Assembly: GCA_009773155.1 (NCBI GenBank)
Contig: WOVA01000002.1
Coordinates: 6,889 to 70,888, forward strand
Origin: Elusimicrobiota bacterium
GTDB lineage: Bacteria > Elusimicrobiota > Elusimicrobia > Elusimicrobiales > UBA9959
Length of the DNA: 64,000 nucleotides
Direction: 5' to 3'
The position numbers and the translations under genes were made by a program. How positions within the stretch are numbered: the stretch's first letter is position 1; the number at the start of each line of letters is the position of its first letter. Below are positions 45,325-57,331 of the stretch, one piece after another. The notes beneath the pieces are model-generated. The model searched no databases, had not been told where the DNA came from, and worked only from the letters and a program-made list of their open reading frames with translations.

Positions 45325-45822
45325 TCATGGCTCCTTGTTCTTCAAATCGCGCAGGGCGCCGAAAGGGCCGTCCTGCCCCGGACCGCACTTGCAGGCGCCG
45401 GCGTTAAGGTTCGCCCCGCAGGAGAGGCAGAGTCCCTTACAGCCGTCCGAGCATAAAATCTTAGCCGGGACCGCGAGCACCAGGGCCTGGCGTACCAGGT
45501 CCTCGATGTCCATTGATTCTACTGAATATTCATAAACCTCGTCAAAAGATTCGGCGAGGGAGGACTTGAAATCGGCGTTGCAGCGGTCGCAGGGCATGGC
45601 GGCGGAGGCCTTTACCCCCCCTTCCAGCAGGAGGTCTCCGCTGCCGACGGAGAAGTCGGCTTCGGCGGTGAGCGAGAGCAGGGTCCCGATGCCCTTCAGG
45701 GCCTCCGCGAAAAGGGCCGGGTCGCACTCTATCACGCGGTGGAGCCCCCCGCCGGCCCGGATCTCGGACTGGCGGAAGACGAAGGGGCCGTCCCTGTGTT
45801 CGGGTTTTTCGCTGTCGCTCAT
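45325..45822 (-). CDS. DUF177 / YceD-family protein
   Basis: 165 aa. Cys-rich C-terminus (CSDGCKGLCLSCGANLNAGACKC). Conserved position upstream of rpmF. Confidence 0.8.
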   Translation of the reverse strand: MSDSEKPEHRDGPFVFRQSEIRAGGGLHRVIECDPALFAEALKGIGTLLSLTAEADFSVGSGDLLLEGGVKASAAMPCDRCNADFKSSLAESFDEVYEYSVESMDIEDLVRQALVLAVPAKILCSDGCKGLCLSCGANLNAGACKCGPGQDGPFGALRDLKNKEP

Positions 45823-45865
45823 GATAAGAGCATAAGATATAAACTACCGGAGCGTAAGTCAAACA

Positions 45866-45961
45866 GGGGACGCTGATTACTAAATGCCTAATTATCCCCA
45901 AGGCCGGGGAAGGCGCGGTCAGAGGCGTCCGCTAATTAGGCATTTAGTAATCAGCGTCCCC
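45866..45961. repeat. long perfect hairpin element, copy B (29-nt arms 45866-45894 / 45933-45961, 38-nt loop)
   Basis: GGGGACGCTGATTACTAAATGCCTAATTA ... TAATTAGGCATTTAGTAATCAGCGTCCCC. The outer 21 nt are identical to copy A (635-726). The right arm contains the last 3 sense codons plus the stop codon of the 45951-46898 gene. Confidence 0.9.
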
Positions 45962-46898
45962 TAACGCGGCGGACGCGGTAGGGAGGGCGGCCGGAGGAGC
46001 CGTAGTAGGTGCGCATCACCATCTCGGCGATGAGGCCGAGCAGGATGAACTGTATGCCGACGAGGGCGAAGAAGATGGCGACCAGGAAGAGCGGCTGGTC
46101 CTTGACGAAAACGCCGTTGGCGAGCTTGTTGTAGAGAGTCCAGCCCACCATGATCACCGATGAAAAACCCAGGAGCAGGCCCGCCCCGCCGAAGACGTAG
46201 ATCGGTTTGGAGAGGTAATCGCCCATGAACTTGACGGTCAGCAGGTCCAGCGCCACCTTAAAGATGCGTCCGAGTCCGTACTTGGAGCCGCCGCGCAGGC
46301 GGGGCCGGTGCGCCACCGGCGTCTCCTTTATGACGGCGCCGCGGTAGCCGGCCAGCGCCGGCAGGAAGCGGTGCATCTCGCCGTAGAGTTCCAGTTCCTT
46401 CAGGAAGGAGGCGCGGTAGACTTTCAGCGTGCAGCCGTAGTCGCGCAGCCGGACGCCGGTCACGGCGGAGATCAGCCAGTTGGCCGCCCTGGAGGGCAGC
46501 ACGCGCGAGAAGAAAGGGTCCTTGCGCTCCTTGCGCCAGCCGCTGACCACGTCGGCGCCGTCCCTGGCCGTTTTGAGCATCCCCGGTATCTCGGCGGGGT
46601 CGTTCTGGAGGTCGCCGTCGAGCGCGGCTATATATTCCCCCCGCGCCTCGGCTATGCCGGCGCTCAGCGCGGCGGTCTGGCCGAAGTTGCGCGTCAGCGA
46701 TATCGCCCGGCACTCGGGTTCCGCGTCGGCCAGGCCGGAGAGTAGCTCCCAGGTGCCGTCGGTGGAGCCGTCGTCCACCCAGACGCATTCCCAGTCCCCG
46801 TCGAGAGACTTCAGCGCGGCCTTGAGTGAGTCCCACAGTTCCAAGACATTGTCGCGCTCGTTGAAGACGGGTATGATCACGGAGAGTTCGGGACTCAT
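45951..46898 (-). CDS. GT2 polyprenyl-phosphate glycosyltransferase (GtrB/ArnC/DPM1-like)
   Basis: 315 aa. SVIIPVFNE, VWVDDGSTDGT and DGDLQND motifs, plus two C-terminal TM helices. Confidence 0.8.
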   Translation of the reverse strand: MSPELSVIIPVFNERDNVLELWDSLKAALKSLDGDWECVWVDDGSTDGTWELLSGLADAEPECRAISLTRNFGQTAALSAGIAEARGEYIAALDGDLQNDPAEIPGMLKTARDGADVVSGWRKERKDPFFSRVLPSRAANWLISAVTGVRLRDYGCTLKVYRASFLKELELYGEMHRFLPALAGYRGAVIKETPVAHRPRLRGGSKYGLGRIFKVALDLLTVKFMGDYLSKPIYVFGGAGLLLGFSSVIMVGWTLYNKLANGVFVKDQPLFLVAIFFALVGIQFILLGLIAEMVMRTYYGSSGRPPYRVRRVRGR

Positions 46899-48037
46899 TC
46901 TTTTTCCCCCAGGAGCGAGAGGTAGAGGCGCTCCTGCGCCCGCACCATCGCGTCTATGTCGAACTCGGCGAGGTCCGTGCCCCGGGCCCCGTCGGAGAGG
47001 CGGCGGCGCAGCGCGCGGTCGCGGATGAGTTGCGAGAGGCGCTCAGCCATCGCGGCCGTGTCGCCGCGCTTTACCAGAAAACCGTTGACGCCGTCGCGCA
47101 GTATGTCGCGCACGCCGTCGGCGTCGTAGCAGACGGCCGGCAGGCCGGTGGCCAGGGCTTCGATCAGGCTGCGCGGCAGGCCTTCCCAGAGCGAGGTCAT
47201 GGCGAAGATGTCCGCGGCGGCCAGTATGGCCGCGCTGTCCCTGCGCCAGCCGGGCAGGAAAAGTTTCCCTTTCAGCGACGGGTGTTCGGCCAGCCGCCAG
47301 TCGGCCGGCGACATTTCGCCGCCTCCGATGAAGACGAAGGCCGCGTCGGGGTGGCGTTCGGCCGTCAGCCGCGCGGCTATGAAGAAGTCGCCGGGGTTCT
47401 TCTGCGGCTTGAGATTGCCGATGGAAACCACCAGCGGCGCGCCGCAGGGAATGCCGAGTTCGGACCTCTTTTCCGCGCGCTCGTCGGCGGCCGGGTAGGC
47501 GGAGAGCTTTATGCCGCTGCGCACCAGGGCGTAGCGCGCCTTGTCGCCTATGCCGCGCTCCGCGGCCTCGGACATATTGGCGGAGGAGACGAAGACCAGC
47601 GCGTCGGAGAAGCGGGCGCATATCTTCTCCAGGAGGACGTAGAAGAAACGCGCCGGGGCGGGCTGTCTGTCGTTGAAGCCGAAACCGTGGAACGTGTGGA
47701 CCACGGCCGGCACGTCGGCGAAGAAGGCCGCGAGCCGGCCCAGTATGCCGGCCTTGGAGGAGTGGGTGTGGACCACGTCGGGCTTGAGGCGTTTTATCGT
47801 CCGGCGCAGCTCGAAGAAAGCGCGCAGGTCCTCCAGCGGCCGTATCTCGCGCACCAGGCGGCGCAGCGGCAGCGTCGCCCCGTCGGGAGCGTCCTTCTGC
47901 AGTTCCCCCCCGTGGCCGCAGGCGAGGAAGGCCGAGAAGCGGCTTTTGTCGAGGTTCTTTACTGTGTAGAGGGTGTTGGCCTGGGCGCCGCCCATGTCCA
48001 GCCGGGTTATTATGTGCAGTACCCGTATGACGGCCAT
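46895..48037 (-). CDS. GT-B fold glycosyltransferase (family 4-like)
   Basis: 380 aa. VLHIITRLDMGGAQ N-terminus. E..G(L)P....EA-type C-terminal motif (LWEGLPRSLIEALATGLPAV). Confidence 0.75.
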   Translation of the reverse strand: MAVIRVLHIITRLDMGGAQANTLYTVKNLDKSRFSAFLACGHGGELQKDAPDGATLPLRRLVREIRPLEDLRAFFELRRTIKRLKPDVVHTHSSKAGILGRLAAFFADVPAVVHTFHGFGFNDRQPAPARFFYVLLEKICARFSDALVFVSSANMSEAAERGIGDKARYALVRSGIKLSAYPAADERAEKRSELGIPCGAPLVVSIGNLKPQKNPGDFFIAARLTAERHPDAAFVFIGGGEMSPADWRLAEHPSLKGKLFLPGWRRDSAAILAAADIFAMTSLWEGLPRSLIEALATGLPAVCYDADGVRDILRDGVNGFLVKRGDTAAMAERLSQLIRDRALRRRLSDGARGTDLAEFDIDAMVRAQERLYLSLLGEKE

Positions 48038-48048
48038 CGTCGGTCTCT

Positions 48049-50100
48049 CTAGCGCTTCCCGGCCGTCCCGGGGACGGTCAGGCCCGGAAAGTAGTGACGC
48101 AGTATCTCGCGGTATTTCCAGCCCGGGCCGCCGGCCAGTCCCTTACCGCCGGCCACGCAGTAGCCGCGGCCCTCGCCGGTGCCGAGGCCCTTGACGAAGA
48201 ACATGGACGGGAACTTGCCTTTGAAGAGGGGGCGCAGCGTGAACAGCGGAGAGCGGAGCGTCCCGGCGGAGAGTATTTCGGAGATCTCCTTGAAACCCTG
48301 TATCTCGGCCGAGCCGGCCGTGCCTTCCAGCCTTACGGCCTGTATCTTGCCGGTGGCGCTCCTGGCCAGCGTGCGGATATTGCGGAGCTTCCCTATCTTG
48401 TACCCGCGGTTGGCCCTGTCCTCTATCCAGCGCGGCTCCAGCATCAGCGTCCACGCGGCGTCGGAGGCGTAGGCTTTGTCGGGAGGCAGACAGTACATAT
48501 TGTCCGGCGGCCCCCTGTGCAGGTGGCGGGAGAAAGAGAAGGGGGTCAGGTCCGCCGGCAGGGGGTTGAGGTCGTTGACGCCGCTTTCGGTAAAGCCCCC
48601 GCAGGAGGACGTGTGTTCGCCGGCCTGGAGCAGCCCGGCGCCGGCGAGCGTCTGTCCCGCCGTGGCCGCGGCGGCGTCGGCCGCTTCGCCAGTCTCGTTG
48701 TTTATGCCGTCGAAGCGCTGGCAATGGGCGGAGTCGCAGAGGTGGAAGCCGTCGCGGGAATGCCTCATCGAGGCCTTCAGGCCGCGCAGGCGGGTGCGCA
48801 GCACCACCGCCAGCGCCTTGAGGGATTCGGGGTTGCGGTCGTTTTCCGAGGCGCGCGCCGTCATGGCCGGCAGCACGTTCTCCAGGGGAACGCGGTTGAT
48901 GAGCACGAAGCCCTCGCGCCGCAGGTTGACCAGCAGTTCCCCCGTCACTTCCCTGTCGCCGCGGTTCACTCCGCCGTCGGCGGCCACGTCGGCGTTCTTT
49001 ATGAGTATGACCCCTCCCGGCGTTTTGGGGACCAGGCGGAAGGTGTTGCGCGTGGAAGAGACGGCGTTGGCGACCACGTCCTTCACCTCGTAGATGCGGT
49101 TGAAGGGATTGTATGAGGCGGTCCATTGCGCGCCCGCCGGACCTTCCGCGGTCCTGCCCAAACGTGAATCCTCTATCGTGAAAGGAGTATTGCAGATGAA
49201 ACTGAACGAGCGCACGGTGGAAGGGACGCCGTCTTCGGCCGCGAAAAGGGCGATATCGGCCTCCTCTCCTTTGTCCAGCTTCACGGGGCTCGTGTGCACC
49301 GGCCAGGCCAGGCGGGTCCAGTAGAAGAGGTTGCGGTGGTCGCCCTTGGCCTGCCTGGCCAGCTTCTCCCGCCTACCTACGAAGAATTTTTCGCGCGGGT
49401 CTATCTCGGAAAGGGTGTAGTAGGTCTGCCAGGCGGGCACGTAATAGTCGACCTTCTCGTAGACCCGGGCCAGGTTTATCACGGCCTGGAAATTCCTGGG
49501 ATCGTAGAGCAGCGCTTCCTTGAGGAAGGTGATCGAGTGCTGCCTTTTCTTGAGCAGTTCGAAATTGCGGCTGATGCGCACGGCGGAAGGGACCAGGAGA
49601 TAGGGGTACGATTGGTAGATGCCGCGGTAGAGATCGATGGCTTCGGACGGGCCTTTCAGTCCTTCCTCCGCCATCGCCAGGGCGAAGCGGGCGTGCGCCA
49701 GCAGGTCCGGGTCGGCGGTCAGCGTCAGCGTCCGCTCCAGGGCCAGGCGGGCCCCGGCGTGGTCCTCCAGCGCCAGCAGGTCCCAGCCTTTCTCGTACCA
49801 GGCGTGCGGGTCCTCTTCCGACGATACGCCGGCGCGGTCGAGCCAGGCCAGAGCCTCCTGCGGTTTGCCGGCCTCGGCCAGCAGTACGGCCGCGTCGCGC
49901 ATCGCGGCCGCGGCCAGCGGCGTGCCGGAGGACATGAAAGCGGCGTACTTGAAGCCCTCTATGGCGTCGTCGGGGCGGCCGTCCAGCCAGGAGCGCACGG
50001 CCCCGCGGTAGACGGACTCCGGGCTTTCCATGCCGGCGCGCGGCGCGGCGTGGGCGGCCGGCGCCGCCAATAATAAGGAAAGGAGAAGTGAGCGGGTCAT
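48049..50100 (-). CDS. secreted TPR + SpoIID/LytB-domain protein
   Basis: 683 aa. Signal peptide, N-terminal TPR-like repeats, and the SpoIID-type signature FHLCDSAHCQRFDG. Confidence 0.75.
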   Translation of the reverse strand: MTRSLLLSLLLAAPAAHAAPRAGMESPESVYRGAVRSWLDGRPDDAIEGFKYAAFMSSGTPLAAAAMRDAAVLLAEAGKPQEALAWLDRAGVSSEEDPHAWYEKGWDLLALEDHAGARLALERTLTLTADPDLLAHARFALAMAEEGLKGPSEAIDLYRGIYQSYPYLLVPSAVRISRNFELLKKRQHSITFLKEALLYDPRNFQAVINLARVYEKVDYYVPAWQTYYTLSEIDPREKFFVGRREKLARQAKGDHRNLFYWTRLAWPVHTSPVKLDKGEEADIALFAAEDGVPSTVRSFSFICNTPFTIEDSRLGRTAEGPAGAQWTASYNPFNRIYEVKDVVANAVSSTRNTFRLVPKTPGGVILIKNADVAADGGVNRGDREVTGELLVNLRREGFVLINRVPLENVLPAMTARASENDRNPESLKALAVVLRTRLRGLKASMRHSRDGFHLCDSAHCQRFDGINNETGEAADAAAATAGQTLAGAGLLQAGEHTSSCGGFTESGVNDLNPLPADLTPFSFSRHLHRGPPDNMYCLPPDKAYASDAAWTLMLEPRWIEDRANRGYKIGKLRNIRTLARSATGKIQAVRLEGTAGSAEIQGFKEISEILSAGTLRSPLFTLRPLFKGKFPSMFFVKGLGTGEGRGYCVAGGKGLAGGPGWKYREILRHYFPGLTVPGTAGKR

Positions 50101-50155
50101 CGCGCATTAATCTAGCAATTCTGCCCGGCCTCGGCAAGGCGGACGCGCCCGCGTT

Positions 50156-50184
50156 TTGCAATCCAAAAATTTTTTATGTAAAAT
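50156..50184 (+). promoter_or_regulatory. sigma70-like promoter for tRNA-Lys (TTGCAA - 17 nt - TAAAAT)
   Basis: -35 box at 50156-50161 and -10 box at 50179-50184. The tRNA 5' end is at 50194, 9 nt after the -10 box. Confidence 0.6.
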
Positions 50185-50193
50185 AAACTCACC

Positions 50194-50265
50194 GGGCCAT
50201 TAGCTCAACGGTAGAGCAGACGCCTCTTAAGCGTAAGGTTACAGGTTCGAATCCCGTATGGCCCA
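50194..50265 (+). tRNA. tRNA-Lys (anticodon CUU)
   Basis: Manual cloverleaf: acceptor GGGCCAT/ATGGCCC, D arm GCTC-AACGGTA-GAGC, anticodon loop CTCTTAA, T loop TTCGAAT. There are two non-Watson-Crick pairs (27:43 G.A, 51:63 A.C). No CCA is encoded. Confidence 0.8.
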
Positions 50266-50326
50266 AAAATATAGCAGGCGCCGGCCCGATGCCGGGGCGA
50301 CAGGGAAAAAAGCGCGACAGCGGCCG

Positions 50327-50355
50327 AAAAACCCCGTTCATAAAACGGGGTTTTT
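50327..50355. terminator. bidirectional intrinsic terminator-like hairpin
   Basis: AAAAACCCCGTT-CATAA-AACGGGGTTTTT, a 12-bp stem flanked by A/T tracts. It lies between the two tRNA genes. Confidence 0.6.
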
Positions 50356-50390
50356 ATCTGCCGGACACACGCCGCCTAAAGGATTCCGGA

Positions 50391-50471
50391 GCCAGAGTGG
50401 TGGAATGGCAGACACGCACGGCTTAGGACCGTGTGCCGAAAGGCGTGGAGGTTCGAGTCCTCTCTCTGGCA
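50391..50471 (+). tRNA. tRNA-Leu (anticodon UAG), type II with variable arm
   Basis: Acceptor GCCAGAG/CTCTGGC, anticodon stem CACGG/CCGTG with loop CTTAGGA, variable arm GCC-GAAA-GGC, T loop TTCGAGT. Confidence 0.9.
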
Positions 50472-50502
50472 CCCCGCTCTCAGCGATATCCCAGGAGGAA
50501 AA

Positions 50503-51765
50503 ATGCCCGTCACACTCTCTTACGGAGACAAAATCAAGAAAATAAAGGCCGAAGGCTGCGTGCATGTTTACGCGGTCGACTCCGGCAAGGACGTACTCGC
50601 TTCGGCCCAGGAGCAGGCGCTGGTCCGGCTTCAGGCCGTGGTCACGCTGCCCGGCTTCCGCCAGGGCAAGGTGCCGCTCGCGATGATAAAGGAGCAGTTC
50701 CCCTCCATGGTGCGGGACGAGGCCCTGGACATACTGGCCAAGGCCGCGCTGCCCGAGATCATCAAGGCCGAGAGCGCCGCTCCGGTGGTCACCCCGCTGA
50801 TGACCAACGTGAAATACGACGCGGCCAAGACCGCCTATTTCGAGGTGCGGCTGGAGTGCAGCCCCAGGCTGGAGCCGAAGAATTACGAGAAGATCAAGGC
50901 CGTGCGCCGCGTCAGGAAGATCGCCGACGCCGAAGTGGACAAGTATATAAACCGGTTGCGCGAGTACAACGCCTACCTCAAACCGGTCGAAGACTCCCCG
51001 ATAACCGCCGCCCATTTCGTCGTGGTGGATTACGAGACCTGGGAGAACGGCGGGAAGGTCGCCGACGGCGACGTCAAGGGCGAGATAGTGGACATGTCCG
51101 CCCCGCAGACCGTGGCGGGCCTGGCCGAGAAGCTGCTGGGCGGCAAAAAGGGCGATGTCGTCGAGTTCGACTCCGAGTTCGGCGGCCGCAAGCTCAAGTT
51201 CAAGGCCCGCGTGCAGGACGTCAAGGAGAAGGTGGTGCCCGCCGTGGACGAGGCCTTCCTGGGCCAGGCCGGCGTGAAGACCGCCGGCGAGCTCAGGGAG
51301 AACGTCCGCAAGCTGCTCGAGCGCGGCGAGACCGAGCGCACCGAGAAGGACCTGCACGCCCAGATAGAGGACCATCTCATAAAGCACAACCCGATGTCCC
51401 TCCCCCCCACGCTGGTCAAGGAGGAGTCCAAGGAACTGATGGAGGTCCTCAAGCGCCGCATGCGGGACGACGAGAACTTCAGCGAGGAAGCCTTCGCCGA
51501 GCGCGTCACGCCTATAGCCGAGCGCAACCTGAGGCTTACCTACCTGCTCCACAACATCGCCCGCAAGGAGAAGATAGACGCCACCGACGCGGACGTGGAC
51601 GCCGAGCTGCAGAAGGCGCTGGCCAGGCTGACCAGCGAAGAAGAGAGGAACAAGGCCCGCGAGCTGTTCGACCGCCGGAAGGATTACATCCGGGCCTCGC
51701 TGGTGGAAAACAAGACCATGGATTTCATAAAATCCAAGGCGGAGATAAAGGAAGAGACCAGGTAA
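50503..51765 (+). CDS. tig: trigger factor
   Basis: Start [10 protein letters not shown] behind [22 protein letters not shown] motif. 420 aa. Classical tig-clpP neighbourhood. Confidence 0.85.
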   Translation: MPVTLSYGDKIKKIKAEGCVHVYAVDSGKDVLASAQEQALVRLQAVVTLPGFRQGKVPLAMIKEQFPSMVRDEALDILAKAALPEIIKAESAAPVVTPLMTNVKYDAAKTAYFEVRLECSPRLEPKNYEKIKAVRRVRKIADAEVDKYINRLREYNAYLKPVEDSPITAAHFVVVDYETWENGGKVADGDVKGEIVDMSAPQTVAGLAEKLLGGKKGDVVEFDSEFGGRKLKFKARVQDVKEKVVPAVDEAFLGQAGVKTAGELRENVRKLLERGETERTEKDLHAQIEDHLIKHNPMSLPPTLVKEESKELMEVLKRRMRDDENFSEEAFAERVTPIAERNLRLTYLLHNIARKEKIDATDADVDAELQKALARLTSEEERNKARELFDRRKDYIRASLVENKTMDFIKSKAEIKEETR

Positions 51766-51793
51766 GCGCGGCCGTCCCGCGCGGAGGAAAAAA

Positions 51794-52399
51794 ATGATAA
51801 TCCCGACAATTATAGAGAAATGGAACCAGGGGGCGATGGTCGGCTACGACATCTACTCCCGGCTGCTCAGGGACCGCATTATATTCTTCGGCGACCCGGA
51901 AGGAGCCGTTTCGACGGCCTCGGCCAACACGGTCATAGCCCAGCTGCTCTACCTCGACGCCGAGGACCCGGACAAGGATATCAACCTCTACATCAACTCC
52001 CCCGGCGGCATGGTCACGGCCGGCCTGGCGGTCTACGACACGATGCAGTTCATCAAGGCCCCGATCTCCACGATCTGCATGGGCATGGCGATGAGTTTCG
52101 GCGCCGTACTGCTGGCCGCCGGCTCCAAGGGCAAGCGCTACGCGCTGCCCAACGCCCGCATCATGATCCACCAGCCCCTGATCTGGGGCGGCGGCATCTC
52201 CGGCCAGGCCACCGACATAGAGATAGAGAGCCGCGAGATGCAGGAGAACAAGAAGCGCCTCACCGAGATCCTGGCCAAGCACACCGGCCAGACCGAGCAG
52301 AAGGTCCACGACGACATGGAACGCAATTTCTACCTGTCGGCCGCCGAGGCGAAGGATTACGGCATCATCGACGGTGTCCTGGACTTCAAGAAAAAATAA
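51794..52399 (+). CDS. clpP: ClpP-family protease subunit with Ser-His-Asn instead of Ser-His-Asp
   Basis: 201 aa. [32 protein letters not shown] (Ser), IMIHQP (His). Ungapped alignment HTGQ(14 aa)LSA against recalled E. coli ClpP puts Asn178 (AAT 52325-52327) at the catalytic Asp171 position (MERNFYLSA versus TERDRFLSA). Confidence 0.85.
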   Translation: MIIPTIIEKWNQGAMVGYDIYSRLLRDRIIFFGDPEGAVSTASANTVIAQLLYLDAEDPDKDINLYINSPGGMVTAGLAVYDTMQFIKAPISTICMGMAMSFGAVLLAAGSKGKRYALPNARIMIHQPLIWGGGISGQATDIEIESREMQENKKRLTEILAKHTGQTEQKVHDDMERNFYLSAAEAKDYGIIDGVLDFKKK

Positions 52400-52423
52400 C
52401 CACGCCGGAGCGATAAAAGACCT

Positions 52424-54790
<2,367 letters not shown>

Positions 54791-54821
54791 GCCCGTCGTT
54801 CCAGTCAGGGGGCATTTGCTG

Positions 54822-56594
54822 ATGAAAAAAGCGGCGTTCCTTTTATTGTTCCTCCCATCCCTTCCCGGGGTCCTGACGGCCTATGAGGGCCAGCTCGCGA
54901 CCCACGAGGTCGAGGGCGCGCTCGAGAAGACCAAGCTCGGCGAGGTCTTCGGCCAGTACCTGGCCACCATACAGACGTACGATCCGGAGCGGGCGACGCA
55001 GCTGGGCATACACGACGCCGACAACCTGCTGACCAAGCGCAACCAGGAGCGCGTGAACACGCAGCTGGAGGCGCTCCGGAAGATACGGACCAAGCTGCAC
55101 GAGATAGACAGGGAGCCGCTCTACCCCTCCGACGCGATCGACTACGGCCTCCTGGACCGGATGCTCGAGACCGACATCTACAACCTCGACAAGAGCGGTT
55201 TCCTGGCCCTGCGCCCGCATTACTACCTGGAGCCCCTGCGCTCGGTCTTCGACGTGGTGAGCCGCGACTACAAGGATTATAACCTGCGCGCGGGGGCCGC
55301 GCTGTCGCGCATGAAGCAGATCCCCGACGTGCTGCTGCAGGCCGAACGCAACCTCTCCCGCCCCCCCAGGATCTGGGTGGAGAACTCGATACGCCAGTGC
55401 GAGCACGCCATCAAGACGATCCCGGACTTCGTGCCGCTGTTCCGCGGCTATACCCTCTACGACCCGCTGCTGAAGTCGCAGGTGGACGACGCGCTGGAGA
55501 AGCTCAAGGCCGCGCTGACCCGCTACCGCGACTTCCTAAAGAAGGACGTTCTCCCTTCCGCCGACGGCGACCCTGCGGCCGGGGAGTATTCCTACGGGTT
55601 CTACCTGGAGCGCTGGCACGCCCTGGAGATGACGCCCGGCAAAGCTTACAGGGCCTTCAGGGGGTCTTTCCGGCGAGCGGTCTCGGACCTGAAGAAGGAA
55701 GCTTTCAACATAGACCCGGTGCTTTACAAACAGCGCGGCTGGCAGGGCGTCCTGGAGAAGCTGCCGCGGGAACATCCCGACGCGAAGGACGTGATCAGGA
55801 TATTCCGCGAGGAGTCCGAGCGCGCCCACCAGCATTTCGACGAGTACAAGGTGGTCCCCTATCCACAGCAGCGCCTGGTAATGAAGGACATGCCGGGCTT
55901 CCTGGCCCCCGTGGTGCCGTACGTCTATTTCGCCGAGCCCTTCCCGCTCGACGACAACCGAGTTTCGGAACTCTATATCTCGCTGCCCGACGCCTCCATG
56001 CCGGCCGAGCGCCTGGAGGCCGCGATGAAGGCCGGCTTCAGCTATGTCCAGATCGAGCTGCTCACGGCCTACGCGGTGCTGCCCGGCATGCACCTGCGCA
56101 GCTACGAGGCCGCCAACAACGCCTCGCGCATACGCCGCGTCTCCAACCAGCCGGTGCTGTCCAACGGCTGGGCCTGCTATTCCGAGCTGCTGGCCGAGGA
56201 GATGGGTTTCTACTCGTCCTACTGGTCCCGCTTTATGCGCATCTACCTCAAGGCTCTGCGGGCCGCGCGCGCCGTGGTGGACGCGGGCCTCCATACGCGC
56301 CGCATGGACTACGCGGAAGCCGTGCGCTTCTTCGAGGAAAACCTTGGCTTCTCCCGGGGGCAGGCCGAGCAGGAGGTGCTGCGCATCTCCATCTCCCCGA
56401 CCGAGGGGATGACCCACCTGCTGGGCCTGGACTACGTCACCGAGATGCGCGACTACTTCAAGACCACCGAGCAGAAGCACTTCGACCTGCGCAACTTCCA
56501 CGCGTATTTCCTGCGGCTGGGCAACGTCACCGCCGAATCCGCGCGGGGCGAGATGCGCCGCCGCAAGAAGGAACAGGAGAAGATGATCAGATGA
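54822..56594 (+). CDS. secreted DUF885-family protein
   Basis: Signal peptide MKKAAFLLLFLPSLPGVLTA. The overall pattern (..ERATQLGIHDAD..L, RMKQIPDVLLQAERNL) recalls DUF885. Assignment is from memory of the family and is tentative. Confidence 0.55.
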   Translation: MKKAAFLLLFLPSLPGVLTAYEGQLATHEVEGALEKTKLGEVFGQYLATIQTYDPERATQLGIHDADNLLTKRNQERVNTQLEALRKIRTKLHEIDREPLYPSDAIDYGLLDRMLETDIYNLDKSGFLALRPHYYLEPLRSVFDVVSRDYKDYNLRAGAALSRMKQIPDVLLQAERNLSRPPRIWVENSIRQCEHAIKTIPDFVPLFRGYTLYDPLLKSQVDDALEKLKAALTRYRDFLKKDVLPSADGDPAAGEYSYGFYLERWHALEMTPGKAYRAFRGSFRRAVSDLKKEAFNIDPVLYKQRGWQGVLEKLPREHPDAKDVIRIFREESERAHQHFDEYKVVPYPQQRLVMKDMPGFLAPVVPYVYFAEPFPLDDNRVSELYISLPDASMPAERLEAAMKAGFSYVQIELLTAYAVLPGMHLRSYEAANNASRIRRVSNQPVLSNGWACYSELLAEEMGFYSSYWSRFMRIYLKALRAARAVVDAGLHTRRMDYAEAVRFFEENLGFSRGQAEQEVLRISISPTEGMTHLLGLDYVTEMRDYFKTTEQKHFDLRNFHAYFLRLGNVTAESARGEMRRRKKEQEKMIR

Positions 56595-57331
56595 GCGGTA
56601 ACGAGGCCGCCGTTTTCGACAAAGTGGGCAAGACCTACCTGCTTCCCAGGCTGGGCCGGCCCCAGCCTCTGGAAGCCGTGAAAGGCGTTTCTTTCGGGAT
56701 ACGCCGGGGCGAGATACTGGGCCTGCTGGGCCTCAACGGCGCCGGCAAGACCACGCTGATGAAGTTGATGGCCGGCCTTCTTGCCCCCACCTCAGGGACC
56801 GTGCGCGTCCTGGGCTCCGACCCCCGAAACCCCGAAACCCGCCGCCGCACCGGTTTCCTGCCGGAACTGCCCTATTTTTATCCGCGTTACAGGCCCGCCG
56901 AGGCGCTGGCCTATTACGCCTCGCTGAGCGGCATGGACCGCGCGGCGGCGGCTCCGGCCGTCGCCTCCGTCATGGCGAAGGTCGGCCTGGCTCCCCACGC
57001 GGACAAGCGCATCTCGGAGTTCTCCAAGGGCATGATGCAGCGGCTGGGACTCGCCCAGGCCCTCGTCCACAGTCCCGACCTGGTCATGCTCGACGAGCCC
57101 GCCAGCGGCCTTGACCCGATCGCCATACACGACATGCGGGTCCTTATCTCCGGCCTCCGCGAAGAGGGCCGCACGGTGGTGCTCTCCTCCCACAGCATCT
57201 CGGAGCTTGAGAAAGTGGCCGACAGGGTCGTCATGCTCTCGCGGGGAGGCGTGGTCTCCTGCGTCGAAAGTTCCGCCTGGCGCGGCGCCGAGGGCGGCCT
57301 TGAGACGCTCTTCATGGAGGCCGTGCGATGA
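56591..57331 (+). CDS. ABC transporter ATP-binding protein
   Basis: Start MSGNEAAVF (ATGA overlap with the upstream stop). Walker A GLNGAGKTT, signature FSKGMMQRL, Walker B LVMLDEPASGLD. Confidence 0.9.
   Translation: MSGNEAAVFDKVGKTYLLPRLGRPQPLEAVKGVSFGIRRGEILGLLGLNGAGKTTLMKLMAGLLAPTSGTVRVLGSDPRNPETRRRTGFLPELPYFYPRYRPAEALAYYASLSGMDRAAAAPAVASVMAKVGLAPHADKRISEFSKGMMQRLGLAQALVHSPDLVMLDEPASGLDPIAIHDMRVLISGLREEGRTVVLSSHSISELEKVADRVVMLSRGGVVSCVESSAWRGAEGGLETLFMEAVR

Noticed and set aside
43011-45822. Incomplete fatty-acid synthesis cluster (yceD-rpmF-plsX-fabG-acpP-rnc without fabH, fabD and fabF) as a sign of gene loss.
   Set aside because: Absence from this cluster says nothing about the rest of the genome, since these genes are often dispersed. 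There is no scar, pseudogene fragment or unusual spacer at the junctions (19-nt and 39-nt gaps).
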